Source of the DNA: Candidatus Binatia bacterium
Lineage (GTDB): Bacteria > Desulfobacterota > Binatia > UBA9968 > JAJDTQ01
Direction: 5' to 3'
NCBI GenBank assembly: GCA_022823055.1
Contig: JAJDXX010000003.1
Location: forward strand, 8,719-72,718
Length of the DNA: 64,000 nt
Of the stretch, positions 1 through 9,696 are shown piece after piece. The position numbers and the translations under genes are program-made. The number at the start of each line of letters is the position of its first letter. The first letter of the stretch is position 1. Under the pieces are notes generated by a model. That model saw only the letters and a list, made by a program, of their open reading frames with translations, ran no database searches and had not been told where the DNA came from.

Positions 1-758
1 GTTGCGACATGGTCATCGGCAGCCGCTACGCCCCCGGCGGTAGTGTGGACAGTTCCTGGAGCCTCTACCGCGTGCTGAACTCACGGCTGGCGACCTGGAT
101 GGCGCGCCCTCTGGTCAAGTGCGCCGACCCCATGGCGGGCTTCTTCGCCACCCGCCGTAGCGTACTGCCCGATCTCCAACTCCTGCGCCCAATGGGCTAC
201 AAGATCGCGCTGGAACTCATGGTACGCGGACGGCTGCGGGTGCGGGAGGTCTCCATCGACTTCCGCGACCGCAGCGTGGGCCTCAGCAAGATGAACTGGC
301 GTCAGCAGATCCGCTTCCTGCGCCACCTCTCCCGCCTTTACAACCACAAGTTCGGCAGCCTGGCCCGCGTCCCTTTCTTCAGCGCGGTGGGCGCCAGCGG
401 GCTCGTCGTCGACCTCGCCTGCTATCTCGGCCTGCAGTGGGCCGGCATCGAGCACCGCCTGGCGCGTTTCCTGTCATTCTGGCCCGCCGTGGGCTGGAAC
501 TGGGCCCTCAACCGCGGCTTGACCTTCAGCGAACGGGCGCGCCAGCCTCACCTGGGCCAGTTGGCCAGGTTCGTGGCCAGCAGCCTTGTGGGGCTTGCGG
601 TGAACGTCGGCAGCTACGCCCTGCTTACGAGCTACATGGACCTCTTCGACCGCCACCGCCTGCTGGCGTTCTTTTGCGGCGTCAGCCTCGGCAGCATCGT
701 CAACTTCCTGGTTGCCGATCTCTACGTCTACGGACGCCGCACCGAGACCGGACACTGA
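1..758 (+). CDS. Glycosyltransferase family 2 (polyprenyl-phosphate mannosyltransferase-like) C-terminal part fused to a GtrA-like membrane domain; 5' end outside window
   Basis: Frame is open to the window edge. 'GSRYAPGG', 'GYKIALEL' and 'EVSIDFRDRSVGLSKM' resemble a Dpm1/Ppm-type GT2 C-terminus. The last ~120 aa are four hydrophobic helices with GtrA-like 'NWALNRGLTF'. Confidence 0.8.
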   Translation, partial: CDMVIGSRYAPGGSVDSSWSLYRVLNSRLATWMARPLVKCADPMAGFFATRRSVLPDLQLLRPMGYKIALELMVRGRLRVREVSIDFRDRSVGLSKMNWRQQIRFLRHLSRLYNHKFGSLARVPFFSAVGASGLVVDLACYLGLQWAGIEHRLARFLSFWPAVGWNWALNRGLTFSERARQPHLGQLARFVASSLVGLAVNVGSYALLTSYMDLFDRHRLLAFFCGVSLGSIVNFLVADLYVYGRRTETGH

Positions 759-774
759 CCCATGGTCGCCGGGC

Positions 775-2244
775 TCAATCGCTCCGCTCCGGTTCACCGG
801 GGTCCGTGCGGCCGTAGGCGTCCTCGTAACGGACGATGTCGTCCTCTTCCAGGTAATCCCCACACTGGACCTCCACCACCTCCAGCGGAACGGTGCCGGG
901 GTTCGCCAACCGGTGTTTCGTCCTCTGCGGAACATAAGTGGACTGGTTCTCCGACAACACGAAGGTTTCTTCTCCCCGGGTCACGCGCGCGGTTCCGCGG
1001 ACGACGGTCCAGTGCTCGGAGCGATGTTCGTGCGACTGCAGGGACAGCGCCTGCCCGGGACGGACGACGATGTGCTTCACCTTGAATCCGGAGCCGACCA
1101 GCACATCGTGGAACCCGCCCCAGGGACGGTGGACCTTGCGGTGAACCCGCTGCTCCTCCCGGCCCGCCGACCTGAGCGCCGCCGCCACCTTGCCCGTGTC
1201 CCGAACCGCGTCCTTGCGCGCCACCAGCACGGCGTCGGCCGTGTCCACGATGACCAGACCGGACACGCCCACGGCCGCCACCAACCGGTCCCCGGCGCGG
1301 ACGTAGCTGTCGTGGACGCCTTCCAGGAGGGCGTCACCCCGGGTGACGTTGCCGGCGTCGTCCTTGGGCCCCAGTTCGGCCAGCGCGGCCCACGAGCCGA
1401 TGTCGGACCAATCCGCTTCGAGCGGGACCATCACGGCGTCCGAGGTGTGCTCCATGACCGCGTAGTCCACCGAGACCGCCGGAGACCGTGAAAAGGAGCG
1501 CGCCTCCAGCCGCAGGAAGCCCGTTTCCTCCACCGCCTCGCCGTGGGCCCGCGTCACCGCGTCCCGGACCGCCGGCTCATGCTCGCCGAGCTCCCGCAGG
1601 TACGCCGACGCCGGGAACACGAACATGCCGCTGTTCCAGTAGTAGCGGCCGTCTTCGAGGTAGCCGGCGGCCGCTGACACGTCCGGCTTCTCCACGAACC
1701 GTTCCACCTTGCGGCCGTCTTCGCTCACGCCGGTGGGGCCGGCCGCCTTGATGTACCCGTACCCGGTTTCCGCGTAGGCGGGCGTTACCCCGAAGGTCAC
1801 GAGATGACCGGCCGCGGCCTCCAGGACGGCGGCCCGCACCGCGCTCGCGAACCGGCTCTCGTCGCGGATCACGTGGTCGGCGGGGAGCACCACCAGGATG
1901 GGGTCTTCGCCGGAGTCGCCGCGGGCGATCGCGGTCAGTGCCGCCGCCGCTATGGCCGGCGCGGTGTTTCGTCCCACCGGCTCCAGCAACACGGCCGCGG
2001 GTTCTACGCCAACGGCCTTGAGCTGCTCGGCCACCATGAAACGGTGGGCCTCGTTGCACACCACGATGGGCGCCCTCAACTCGGCGAGCGGGGCCAGGCG
2101 GCGGGCGGTGGCCTGGAGCAGGGTGTGCTCTTCCACGAGCGGAATGAACTGCTTCGGATGGAGTTCACGGGAAAGCGGCCAGAGCCGGGTACCGGCGCCG
2201 CCCGAGAGAATCACGGGGAACAGGACGTGGCTCATCGCGGTCAA
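775..2244 (-). CDS. manC: Mannose-1-phosphate guanylyltransferase / mannose-6-phosphate isomerase (type II PMI-GMP)
   Basis: N-terminal 'VILSGGAGTRLWPLSR..PKQF' nucleotidyltransferase motif and C-terminal cupin 'SLQSHEHRSEHWTVV'. 489 aa. Confidence 0.93.
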   Translation of the reverse strand: MTAMSHVLFPVILSGGAGTRLWPLSRELHPKQFIPLVEEHTLLQATARRLAPLAELRAPIVVCNEAHRFMVAEQLKAVGVEPAAVLLEPVGRNTAPAIAAAALTAIARGDSGEDPILVVLPADHVIRDESRFASAVRAAVLEAAAGHLVTFGVTPAYAETGYGYIKAAGPTGVSEDGRKVERFVEKPDVSAAAGYLEDGRYYWNSGMFVFPASAYLRELGEHEPAVRDAVTRAHGEAVEETGFLRLEARSFSRSPAVSVDYAVMEHTSDAVMVPLEADWSDIGSWAALAELGPKDDAGNVTRGDALLEGVHDSYVRAGDRLVAAVGVSGLVIVDTADAVLVARKDAVRDTGKVAAALRSAGREEQRVHRKVHRPWGGFHDVLVGSGFKVKHIVVRPGQALSLQSHEHRSEHWTVVRGTARVTRGEETFVLSENQSTYVPQRTKHRLANPGTVPLEVVEVQCGDYLEEDDIVRYEDAYGRTDPGEPERSD

Positions 2245-2368
2245 CTCGAATTAGTGGCCTGTAGGACTGAAACGCGGTCTGTGTGACTATACCAGAGACC
2301 GGGCGGCGGCATACAGTTTTCGTCGCTGCCGATCCGTTGGCACACGAAGAGCGCTCGTTACCGGCTCG

Positions 2369-3016
2369 TTACCGGATTCCTGGCATGCTGTCCGTCCCCC
2401 GCAGGACCCGCCGGTTCCACCATGCGATCAGCGGGGTGATGAGGAGGGTGGGAAGAATCCACGCCAGCCATGCCGGCCGGGTGGCGGCATTGACCACCAC
2501 GACCGCGGTGACGGTGGCGATGGTCCCGGCCAGCATGTTGGTGAGATGGCGGGCGATGCGTTGGCGGCCGGGCCGGGGCGATGCGCGGTGATAACGCAGG
2601 TCGACGGCACTCAGGGCCACGGCAATGAATCCGAACACGGCCATGGTCACCCACTGTGAATCCCCCCGCAGGAAGAGCACGGCGCCATGGCCCCACATGC
2701 CGAGCCCGGTAACGCCCATGATCACCGCCGCGGCCCAGTCCACCGGCCGCGGCCGACCGCTGGCGTTGCGGGCGAAGCGCCAGCCGGCGAACACGAGATA
2801 GAAGCTGAAGACGGCGACCAGCAGCAGCACGACGTCGGCCCCGAGGATCGCCAACGGCAGAGCGGTGACGCACACCAGCGACATGGCCGCGGCATAGACC
2901 CGCCCTGCCAGTATGTGATGCACCCGGCCCTTTGCCGTCGAAAGGGCGATGGCCGCTACGGCCAACGCCACCGCGCCGGCGGCAATGTGGACGACGAGAA
3001 GGACGGTGCCCGCCAT
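2369..3016 (-). CDS. Integral membrane protein, ~6 TM helices (DUF2306-like, tentative)
   Basis: 215-aa ORF with almost entirely hydrophobic helices and short Arg-rich loops. Family assignment is from memory only. Confidence 0.6.
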   Translation of the reverse strand: MAGTVLLVVHIAAGAVALAVAAIALSTAKGRVHHILAGRVYAAAMSLVCVTALPLAILGADVVLLLVAVFSFYLVFAGWRFARNASGRPRPVDWAAAVIMGVTGLGMWGHGAVLFLRGDSQWVTMAVFGFIAVALSAVDLRYHRASPRPGRQRIARHLTNMLAGTIATVTAVVVVNAATRPAWLAWILPTLLITPLIAWWNRRVLRGTDSMPGIR

Positions 3017-3058
3017 GCCTGAACTCCCGGAACTCCCGACCGCTACTCCGCTCTCACG

Positions 3059-3844
3059 TCAGCGCCACAGGTCGAACCTGCGGATCACCGCGAGGCGCAA
3101 CAATATCAGGTGGTTCTCGACCCGGTAGGGACAAGCCCGCCGAGGACCGCCAGGCCCGCACGGGTTGTTTCCGGATCGGTTGACGTGGTGGGTACTCCTT
3201 CCGAAACCGAGATACGAGGCATCCAGACGCCACCCCCAGGAGTCCACCAGGGGCGTCTCGATGCCGACGCCGAGCACCCAACCGATTCGCGTGGCGTTGT
3301 GGACGAACGAATCGTCGGGGTCGAACCGGGGCGGCATGTCCGGAGAGAAATCGATGTCGGTCAGGGAGTTCGTGATCCGGGCCAGCGCCGCGCCGCCGTT
3401 GATGAACACCGTCACCGGCCCTTCCCTGTGCTCGAGGCCCAGACGCGCGGTGGCCGTCCACCGGACAGACGCCCGCGCCGTCTCGTCCCGGCCGGCGGGA
3501 TCAACGCGGTCCGAGTGTGCCGACAGTCCGCGCCAGGCGCCGTCAAGCTCGATCCTGAAGCGCGTGCGTTCCAGGGTGAACTTCCTGCCCAACAGAAGAC
3601 CCCAAGTGTGATCGCCGTCGTCGTAGTCCGTGGCCCAGCCGGGTCTGCCCCAGTTTGCGAAGCCACTGGGATCGATGATCCGGTTCTCGGTCCTGGCAGC
3701 GGCGACGAACAGGCCCGCGTAAGCGTCTCCCCAAGCCACGGCGGCGGACGCCGGGCGGAGGCCACCGGCGAACACGAGCGTCAGGAGCATCAAGACCACG
3801 CACCCTGAAGCAAGAAGGACGATTCTCTTGGAGGAACCTGTCAT
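3059..3844 (-). CDS. Outer-membrane beta-barrel protein with signal peptide
   Basis: Internal ATG at 3844 gives 'MTGSSKRIVLLASGCVVLMLLTLVFAGGLRPASA'. Alternating hydrophobic beta-strand pattern ('RFRIELDGAW', 'WRLDASYLGF'). Confidence 0.7.
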   Translation of the reverse strand: MTGSSKRIVLLASGCVVLMLLTLVFAGGLRPASAAVAWGDAYAGLFVAAARTENRIIDPSGFANWGRPGWATDYDDGDHTWGLLLGRKFTLERTRFRIELDGAWRGLSAHSDRVDPAGRDETARASVRWTATARLGLEHREGPVTVFINGGAALARITNSLTDIDFSPDMPPRFDPDDSFVHNATRIGWVLGVGIETPLVDSWGWRLDASYLGFGRSTHHVNRSGNNPCGPGGPRRACPYRVENHLILLRLAVIRRFDLWR

Positions 3845-3893
3845 GGGACACAGTTTAGCAGGTCCTCCCATGGCGGCGACAATACGGGCGTTT

Positions 3894-4586
3894 TCACCCG
3901 GACTCCCGACCGTCCGCCAGGGAGGCCCATTCGAGGACCCAGCGGCGCGTCCTGGGACGGCTGGTGCGCAGATCGGCGGACGCCTCGAAGTCACCGCGCA
4001 ACCGCTCCAGGTCCGCGGCCGAATCGACGTCGTAAGTGCGGGCGACCGTGCCCACACGCAGGCCGAGTCGCCGGACCTTGTCCAGGGTCTGATCGAGCAC
4101 GGTCGCCGTGCTCCAGGCGACGCCCCGAAAGAGTTCCTCCACCGGCCTGTTGAGGCCGATGAGATAGTAACCGCCGTCGTCCGCCGGGCCCAGCACCACG
4201 TCGCAGGCGTCCTGCCGCAGCAACTCGCAGGCGCTCATCACCACGCCCGTGCTCAGGGTGGGGATGTCGCTGCCCACCACCACCACCTGGCGGTAACCCT
4301 TGTCCCGCAAATCGGTGAACACCCCGTGCATGCGCGCGCCGAGGGAATCGCCGCGCTGCGGCAGCAGGGTCGCGGCCAGCTCCGGGATACGCGCGAAATA
4401 GCCTCGGCTTCGTTCGGCGTAGGCCACCCAGGTGTCCCAACGCTCCGAACGCGTCAAGTGGTCGAGGACATCCTGGAGCACGCAGGCGTAGAAGTCCGCC
4501 GCCTCCGCATGGGTCAGCGGCGGGCACAGCCGGGTCTTGACGGCTCCCGGCCTCGGCGCCCGCGCCATGACCGCCACGGCGGGCAA
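3894..4586 (-). CDS. DUF2064 / TIGR04282-type nucleotidyltransferase-fold protein (CofC-like)
   Basis: 'AVAVMARAPRPGAVKTRL', 'VVVVGSDIPTL' and 'GPADDGGYYLIGL' are the characteristic DUF2064 motifs. Start is uncertain: TTG 4586, GTG 4577, ATG 4568, or as far as 4736. Confidence 0.75.
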   Translation of the reverse strand: MPAVAVMARAPRPGAVKTRLCPPLTHAEAADFYACVLQDVLDHLTRSERWDTWVAYAERSRGYFARIPELAATLLPQRGDSLGARMHGVFTDLRDKGYRQVVVVGSDIPTLSTGVVMSACELLRQDACDVVLGPADDGGYYLIGLNRPVEELFRGVAWSTATVLDQTLDKVRRLGLRVGTVARTYDVDSAADLERLRGDFEASADLRTSRPRTRRWVLEWASLADGRESG

Positions 4587-4822
4587 GTCATGGCGCGGAA
4601 GTTCCGCTCGAGAGCCGGACCGCCGCGCGCCCACTGCGCGTTTGAGAAACGATTCGCTGTTCACGGAATTTACCTGCGGCACCAAATCAACTATAAACGA
4701 ACGCGCCGGTGCAAACCCGCCACTTCCGTTTTTCACGCCGCCGCGGCGGGATGGCGCAAGGACGCCCGGTAAGCTTGCAGGGAACAGAGGGAATCCCGAG
4801 ACACTCTGGGAGACATCCTTTC

Positions 4823-5521
4823 ATGGCTCAACGGATTGGCAAGATAGCGTTGGTGGTGGTCGTGGCCGCTCTCATCGCGAGCTTTTTCATCTTCGATCTC
4901 GGGATGTACTTCAACCTCGAGTTCATCAAGGCGCAGCGCGATGCCTATTTGGGCTACTACCAGCAGAACCCCGCCACCACCATCACCGCGTACGCCGCGA
5001 TCTATATCGCGGTGACGGCCCTCTCGCTTCCGGGCGCAGCCATCATGACGCTGTTGGGCGGCGCACTGTTCGGGGTGATCACCGGCACGATCATCGTCTC
5101 CTTCTGCAGCACCATCGGCGCCACCCTGGCCTTCCTGGTGGCACGTTTCCTTCTGCGGGACAGCATTCAGGGGAAGTTCGGCGACAGGCTCGAGACCATC
5201 AACAACGGCATCGCCAACGAGGGAATGTTCTACCTCTTCACCATGCGGCTGATCCCGGTCATTCCCTTCTTCGTCATCAACCTGGTAATGGGGCTCACGC
5301 CCATCCGCACGGTGCAGTTCTTCTTCGTGAGCCAACTGGGCATGTTTCCCGGCACCATCGTCTACGTGAACGCCGGCACCCAACTGGCCCAGATCGATTC
5401 ACTGGCGGGCATTCTGTCCCCTGCGCTCCTGCTGTCGTTCGCGCTGCTGGGCCTGTTCCCGCTCATCGCCAAGAAGTCCATCGAGCTGGTCAACAAGCGC
5501 AGGAACGCGAAAGCGCCGTAG
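4823..5521 (+). CDS. TVP38/TMEM64 (DedA/SNARE-associated) family membrane protein
   Basis: ATG at 4823 ('MAQRIGKIALVVVVAAL'). Also 'LSLPGAAIMTLLGGALFG' and 'RLIPVIPFFVINLVMGLT'. Confidence 0.85.
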   Translation: MAQRIGKIALVVVVAALIASFFIFDLGMYFNLEFIKAQRDAYLGYYQQNPATTITAYAAIYIAVTALSLPGAAIMTLLGGALFGVITGTIIVSFCSTIGATLAFLVARFLLRDSIQGKFGDRLETINNGIANEGMFYLFTMRLIPVIPFFVINLVMGLTPIRTVQFFFVSQLGMFPGTIVYVNAGTQLAQIDSLAGILSPALLLSFALLGLFPLIAKKSIELVNKRRNAKAP

Positions 5522-5586
5522 GCGGCGCTGGAAACCATAGCCACCAGCGTCCAGGATAAGACTGTTCCCGACCCGAGAGACCAAGC

Positions 5587-7116
5587 ATGCGCAACATTCC
5601 ACAACTGTCACCGCAGGACGAATACAACCAGGTGTTGGGCTCCAACACCCACCCGGCGGACTGGACCAATCCCACGCCGGCCGACCGTTACAACCTGGTG
5701 GTCATCGGCGCCGGCACGGCCGGGCTCGTGACCGCGGCCGGCGCCGCCGGGCTCGGCGCCAGGGTGGCCCTGATCGAACGCCACTACCTCGGCGGCGATT
5801 GCCTCAACGTCGGCTGCGTCCCGTCGAAGTGCATCATCCGCTCGTCGCGCGTGGTGGCGGAGATCCGGGACGCGGACATGTTCGGCATCGGCGGCCCAGG
5901 TGACGTTCAGGTGGACTTCGGCGCGGTCATGGAACGCATGCGCCGCATCCGTTCCCACATCAGCCACCACGACTCGGTGAGACGTTTTACGGAACTGGGC
6001 GTCGACGTGTTCCTGGGCGACGCCAGTTTCACCGGTCTGGAGACTGTGGAGGTGGACGGCCAGTCGCTCCATTTCAAGAAGGCCGTCATCGCCTCCGGCG
6101 CCCGGGCGGTGGCGCCGCATCCGCCCATCGACGGCATCGAGGAGGCCGGCTACCTCACCAACGAGACCGTATTCTCCCTCACCGAGCGCCCGGAACGGCT
6201 GGCGGTCATCGGCGCCGGCCCCATCGGCTGCGAACTGGCGCAGACCTTCCAGCGCCTGGGCTGCCAGGTGGTGCTTTTCCACAACGGCGACCACATCCTC
6301 AACCGCGAGGACGCCGACGCCGCGGAAATCGTCCAGCAGCAGTTCCTGAAGGAGGGCATCCAACTGGTGCTCAACAGCGCCCTCACCCGCGTGACCGCCG
6401 AGAACGGCCGCAAGGTGGTCCATTACGAGGCCGACGGCAACGCCGGCTCGGCGGCCGTGGACGAGATCCTGGTGGGGGCCGGGCGCGCGCCCAACGTGGA
6501 CGGTCTGAACCTTGAAGGGGTCGGCGTCGAGTTCCACCCGTTCCAGGGCGTGGTGGTCAACGATTACCTGCAGACCACCAACCCGCGCATCTTCGCCGGC
6601 GGCGACGTGTGCATGAACTGGAAGTTCACCCACGCGGCCGACGCGGCCGCGCGCATCATCATCCAGAACGCCCTCTTCTACAAGAGCAAGAAGCTGAGCT
6701 CGCTGATCATGCCCTGGGCCACCTACACGGACCCGGAGATCGCCCACGTGGGAATGTACGAGCGCGACGCGGAGAGCGAAGGCATCGCCATCGACACTTA
6801 CGTCCGCGAGTTGAAGGAAGTGGACCGCGCCCTGGCTGACGGCGAGGAGGAAGGCTTCGTCAAGATCCACGTGAAAAAGGGCACCGACAAGATCGTCGGC
6901 GGCACCATCGTGGCGCGCCACGCCGGCGAGATGATCAGCGAGATCACCCTGGCCATCGCCGGCAAGGTCGGCCTCGGCACCATCGCCAACGTCATCCACC
7001 CCTACCCGACCCAGGCCGAGGCCATCAAGCAGACCGGCGACGCCTTCAACCGCACACGGCTGACGCCCATGGTAAAGAAGATCTTTCAGCGCTGGCTGGC
7101 GTGGAGCCGGAGGTAG
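5587..7116 (+). CDS. FAD-dependent pyridine nucleotide-disulfide oxidoreductase, class I (mercuric reductase / dihydrolipoyl dehydrogenase-like)
   Basis: 'VVIGAGTAGLVTA' FAD fold, redox-active 'GGDCLNVGCVPSKC', second Rossmann 'AVIGAGPIGCELA', C-terminal dimerisation domain with 'HPYPTQAE'. No N-terminal HMA or C-terminal CC pair typical of true MerA. Confidence 0.88.
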   Translation: MRNIPQLSPQDEYNQVLGSNTHPADWTNPTPADRYNLVVIGAGTAGLVTAAGAAGLGARVALIERHYLGGDCLNVGCVPSKCIIRSSRVVAEIRDADMFGIGGPGDVQVDFGAVMERMRRIRSHISHHDSVRRFTELGVDVFLGDASFTGLETVEVDGQSLHFKKAVIASGARAVAPHPPIDGIEEAGYLTNETVFSLTERPERLAVIGAGPIGCELAQTFQRLGCQVVLFHNGDHILNREDADAAEIVQQQFLKEGIQLVLNSALTRVTAENGRKVVHYEADGNAGSAAVDEILVGAGRAPNVDGLNLEGVGVEFHPFQGVVVNDYLQTTNPRIFAGGDVCMNWKFTHAADAAARIIIQNALFYKSKKLSSLIMPWATYTDPEIAHVGMYERDAESEGIAIDTYVRELKEVDRALADGEEEGFVKIHVKKGTDKIVGGTIVARHAGEMISEITLAIAGKVGLGTIANVIHPYPTQAEAIKQTGDAFNRTRLTPMVKKIFQRWLAWSRR

Positions 7117-7166
7117 CGGCCGGCCCCGGCGAGTGCCCGGTCCGTTAGCGGCCCGCGGCCGGCCGC
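7116..7166. terminator. GC-rich inverted repeat between convergent genes (possible bidirectional terminator)
   Basis: GCGGCCGGCC (7116-7125) pairs with GGCCGGCCGC (7157-7166). The loop is long (~31 nt), so this is weak. Confidence 0.3.
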
Positions 7167-7170
7167 GCCG

Positions 7171-7968
7171 TCAGAACGCGTAGCGCAGCGACAGGCGCGC
7201 CTCGTGGCTCGCGAGCCGCGCCCAGGTCGGCGCGAGATCCAGCGGCAACGGCTCCCGGCTCCCGTCGCGCCAGACCACCCGGCCCGCGCCCCGCCTCGTG
7301 CGGACCTCACCGAGATGCGTGTAGCGCCAGGCGATATCCAGGCTCACGCGCTCGTCCAGCGGCATCGAGACCCCGGCCGTCACCATCCAGGCCAGGTCCG
7401 TCCGGCTCCCGTCCGGCACGATGGTCGTCGTTGCCGGAAACGTCATGCGCGTCTCCCCGATGCGGTTTCGGACCGCGCCGAGGCCGGCTCCGATGAACGG
7501 ATCGAAAGGCCCGAGCCGGGGCAGCCCCAACCCGGCGAAGTCGACAAAGGCGGCAAGCATCCCCGAAACGGACGACAGGTCCGCCGACACTTCCTGCCGC
7601 CGTTCCGGCGCCAGGAAGTTGGCGCGGCCCTCGAACTCGATGCGCGGTCGATATTCGACCAGAACCTCGAAGCGCGCCGGCGCGACCGTGTAGCCCAGCC
7701 CGAGCTCGAGCGCCGCCACCGCGCCGAAGTCGCCGCGTGACCGGTAAGGCGCGCCGTCTCCGCCCGTGCCGCAGCCGTACAAGGCCGCCGGAGCCGTGCT
7801 GGAACAGTCCTTGTCCATGAAGATGACATCGCCCGACCGGCCCAGGCCGAGACCGCCGCGCAGGTAGAAATCGCCGGCCACCGCGGCGCCGGGAGCCATC
7901 CACACCCCGACCAGAACAGCGACCACCACGAGCCCTGTTCTCCGTGCGAACAAACCGGTCGCGAACAT
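7171..7968 (-). CDS. Outer-membrane beta-barrel protein (OmpA-like TM / opacity-type barrel)
   Basis: ATG at 7968 gives signal peptide 'MFATGLFARRTGLVVVAVLVGVWMAPGAAVA'. Beta-strand periodicity and C-terminal 'LSLRYAF' with terminal Phe. Confidence 0.78.
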   Translation of the reverse strand: MFATGLFARRTGLVVVAVLVGVWMAPGAAVAGDFYLRGGLGLGRSGDVIFMDKDCSSTAPAALYGCGTGGDGAPYRSRGDFGAVAALELGLGYTVAPARFEVLVEYRPRIEFEGRANFLAPERRQEVSADLSSVSGMLAAFVDFAGLGLPRLGPFDPFIGAGLGAVRNRIGETRMTFPATTTIVPDGSRTDLAWMVTAGVSMPLDERVSLDIAWRYTHLGEVRTRRGAGRVVWRDGSREPLPLDLAPTWARLASHEARLSLRYAF

Positions 7969-8055
7969 ACCGCCCAACCTCACTTTCCCGCCGGCCGCGC
8001 GTCGGTGCGTCTCGCTACATTCGCCCATCCGATACCCGGCCGGGCTTCCACCCGT

Positions 8056-9663
8056 CTACTTGCGCAGGCGCCTTCCCAGCGCGATCAGGAACATGACGCT
8101 TTTGCCCGCCGCGTGGGGTGAAAAGAACGCGGTGACATCGTCGTCGAAGAAGGTCAGGCCGGAGGCGCCGAAGCCCTGGGCGTAGGCCGCCAGGTAGAGG
8201 CGGCCGGCGGTGATGCTGGCGTCCATTTGGGCAAGGCGGTAGCCGCGGTTGCCGTAGCGTCGCAGCACTGCGTCGAGTTCGGTGAGGAAGTAGACGCTGA
8301 CGCTGGCGTCCGCGGGGATCTCCTGGCCAAGTCCGAGGAAACCGGCCTCCTTGCGGAAGTTTCCTTCCTTCAAAAGATCGAGGCGTCCGTTGTCACGGTC
8401 GAAAACGTATGCGCCGGAAGCGGCGCCGTCCACGTGGTTGACGATGAGATAGAGTTGATTCAGCTCACGGGAGGCGCCGGGATCCACATCCGTGGCAACG
8501 CCCCGTGTCGCGTAGTGCAAGGCCGTGGACAACTGGGCGAGGCTGATGGACTCGTGCGAGAACCGGCGCGTGGAGCCCCGGCGCACGATCACCTGCTCGA
8601 TGCTGTCGGCCGGAAGCGACGCGGGAGAGTCGACGGCCAAGGGCAGCGCGCGGCGCCCCGCGCCGGCCGCGACGGGGCCGCCGGATTCTCCGTCGACGGT
8701 TCCGGCTTCGTCGGGCGTGTTCATGCCGGTTTCCGCTTCTTCGAGGTCGTCCGACACACCGCCGTCGGCCTCCCGCCAGCGCCGCGCCTCGGCGCCGCTC
8801 TCCAGGCATGACGCCGCGTGCGCCTGCCGGATGGACGGATAGTCCAGCTCGCGGGGCGACAGCGGCCGGGTAGCGTAGTCCAGGGGCGGCGGCGTTTCCG
8901 CGGAGGGAGCCGTGGACGATGCCGAGCGGCCCAGGGGCACGAGACACAGAGACACTTCCTTCTGGGAGTCGAGGCCCAACAGATGGTTCACCGGGGCGTC
9001 GGCGAAGCCCATCACCGTTCGTGTCGGGATGTCTCGAGCCGATGCCGCGGCAAGGCAGTTGGCAAGCAGCGTGCCGCCGTCCCAGAAGCAGTGCCGGTAG
9101 GTGCGGTCGCGGTACTTCCAGCTATTGCGCCAGAACGTGGACGCAAGCATCAGAATGACCGGCGCGTGCGCAACGGCGGGCTCGCCGCCGCTCGCCGCCA
9201 CCAGCACGCCACGGTGGTCGCCGGCGCGCAAGGGCGTCAGCGCGAAGCGGTCAGGGGCGAAGTGATAGACACCGGCGTCCAGGTCGGACAGCGGACCCGC
9301 GACCACGTAGACGTCGATGTGGTAGAGCGCGCCGGTGCATGCAGCCGCGCGAAAGAGCATCTCGCCGCCGAAGTAGCGCCGCCGGCGCGTTACGCCGGCG
9401 CAGAGGAACAGCACCTCCGCCAGCTCGGCGCGGGTCAAGCCGCGCTCCACCTCCGGGGCAGGCTCGGAAATGGCCCGTAGCGCCGGCACGCCGGTTAACT
9501 GGAGATGCTGCTCCAGCGGCAGCGACTCCAACGTTTCGTAGATCTTGAAGGGACGCGGCTGGTTGTCCCAGTCCAGGTAATGGGGACCACCCCGGACGCT
9601 CGTGAGTGAATGCTTGGTGCGTTCATGGTAGTCGCGCGCCGCCGCGACGTCTCGGTTGCTCAT
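8056..9663 (-). CDS. SagB/ThcOx-family dehydrogenase, two nitroreductase-like domains
   Basis: N-terminal 'DYHERTKHS' SagB-type signature. Second domain has 'VRRGSTRRF' nitroreductase motif. An acidic Gly/Ala-rich linker separates the halves. Confidence 0.85.
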   Translation of the reverse strand: MSNRDVAAARDYHERTKHSLTSVRGGPHYLDWDNQPRPFKIYETLESLPLEQHLQLTGVPALRAISEPAPEVERGLTRAELAEVLFLCAGVTRRRRYFGGEMLFRAAACTGALYHIDVYVVAGPLSDLDAGVYHFAPDRFALTPLRAGDHRGVLVAASGGEPAVAHAPVILMLASTFWRNSWKYRDRTYRHCFWDGGTLLANCLAAASARDIPTRTVMGFADAPVNHLLGLDSQKEVSLCLVPLGRSASSTAPSAETPPPLDYATRPLSPRELDYPSIRQAHAASCLESGAEARRWREADGGVSDDLEEAETGMNTPDEAGTVDGESGGPVAAGAGRRALPLAVDSPASLPADSIEQVIVRRGSTRRFSHESISLAQLSTALHYATRGVATDVDPGASRELNQLYLIVNHVDGAASGAYVFDRDNGRLDLLKEGNFRKEAGFLGLGQEIPADASVSVYFLTELDAVLRRYGNRGYRLAQMDASITAGRLYLAAYAQGFGASGLTFFDDDVTAFFSPHAAGKSVMFLIALGRRLRK

Positions 9664-9696
9664 GGAGCCTCCGGGCCGTGTAGGCCGTGCCGGTCC

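Noticed and set aside
2353-2374. Tandem 11-bp duplication GCTCGTTACCG x2 at the 3' end of the membrane-protein gene.
   Set aside because: It has only two units, it overlaps the stop codon region, and no further copies were seen. It is most likely a trivial slippage duplication.
5587-7116. Calling the class I disulfide oxidoreductase a true mercuric reductase (merA) or the E3 partner of the orphan E2.
   Set aside because: There is no HMA domain, no C-terminal Cys pair and no merR/T/P genes. It lies 26 kb from the E2 gene and is paired with a TVP38 gene instead.
8056-9663. Interpreting the SagB-type gene as evidence of a thiazole/oxazole RiPP cluster.
   Set aside because: No YcaO or cyclodehydratase, protease, ABC exporter or Cys/Ser/Thr-rich small ORF lies in the neighbourhood. 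The flanking genes are iron- and redox-related.
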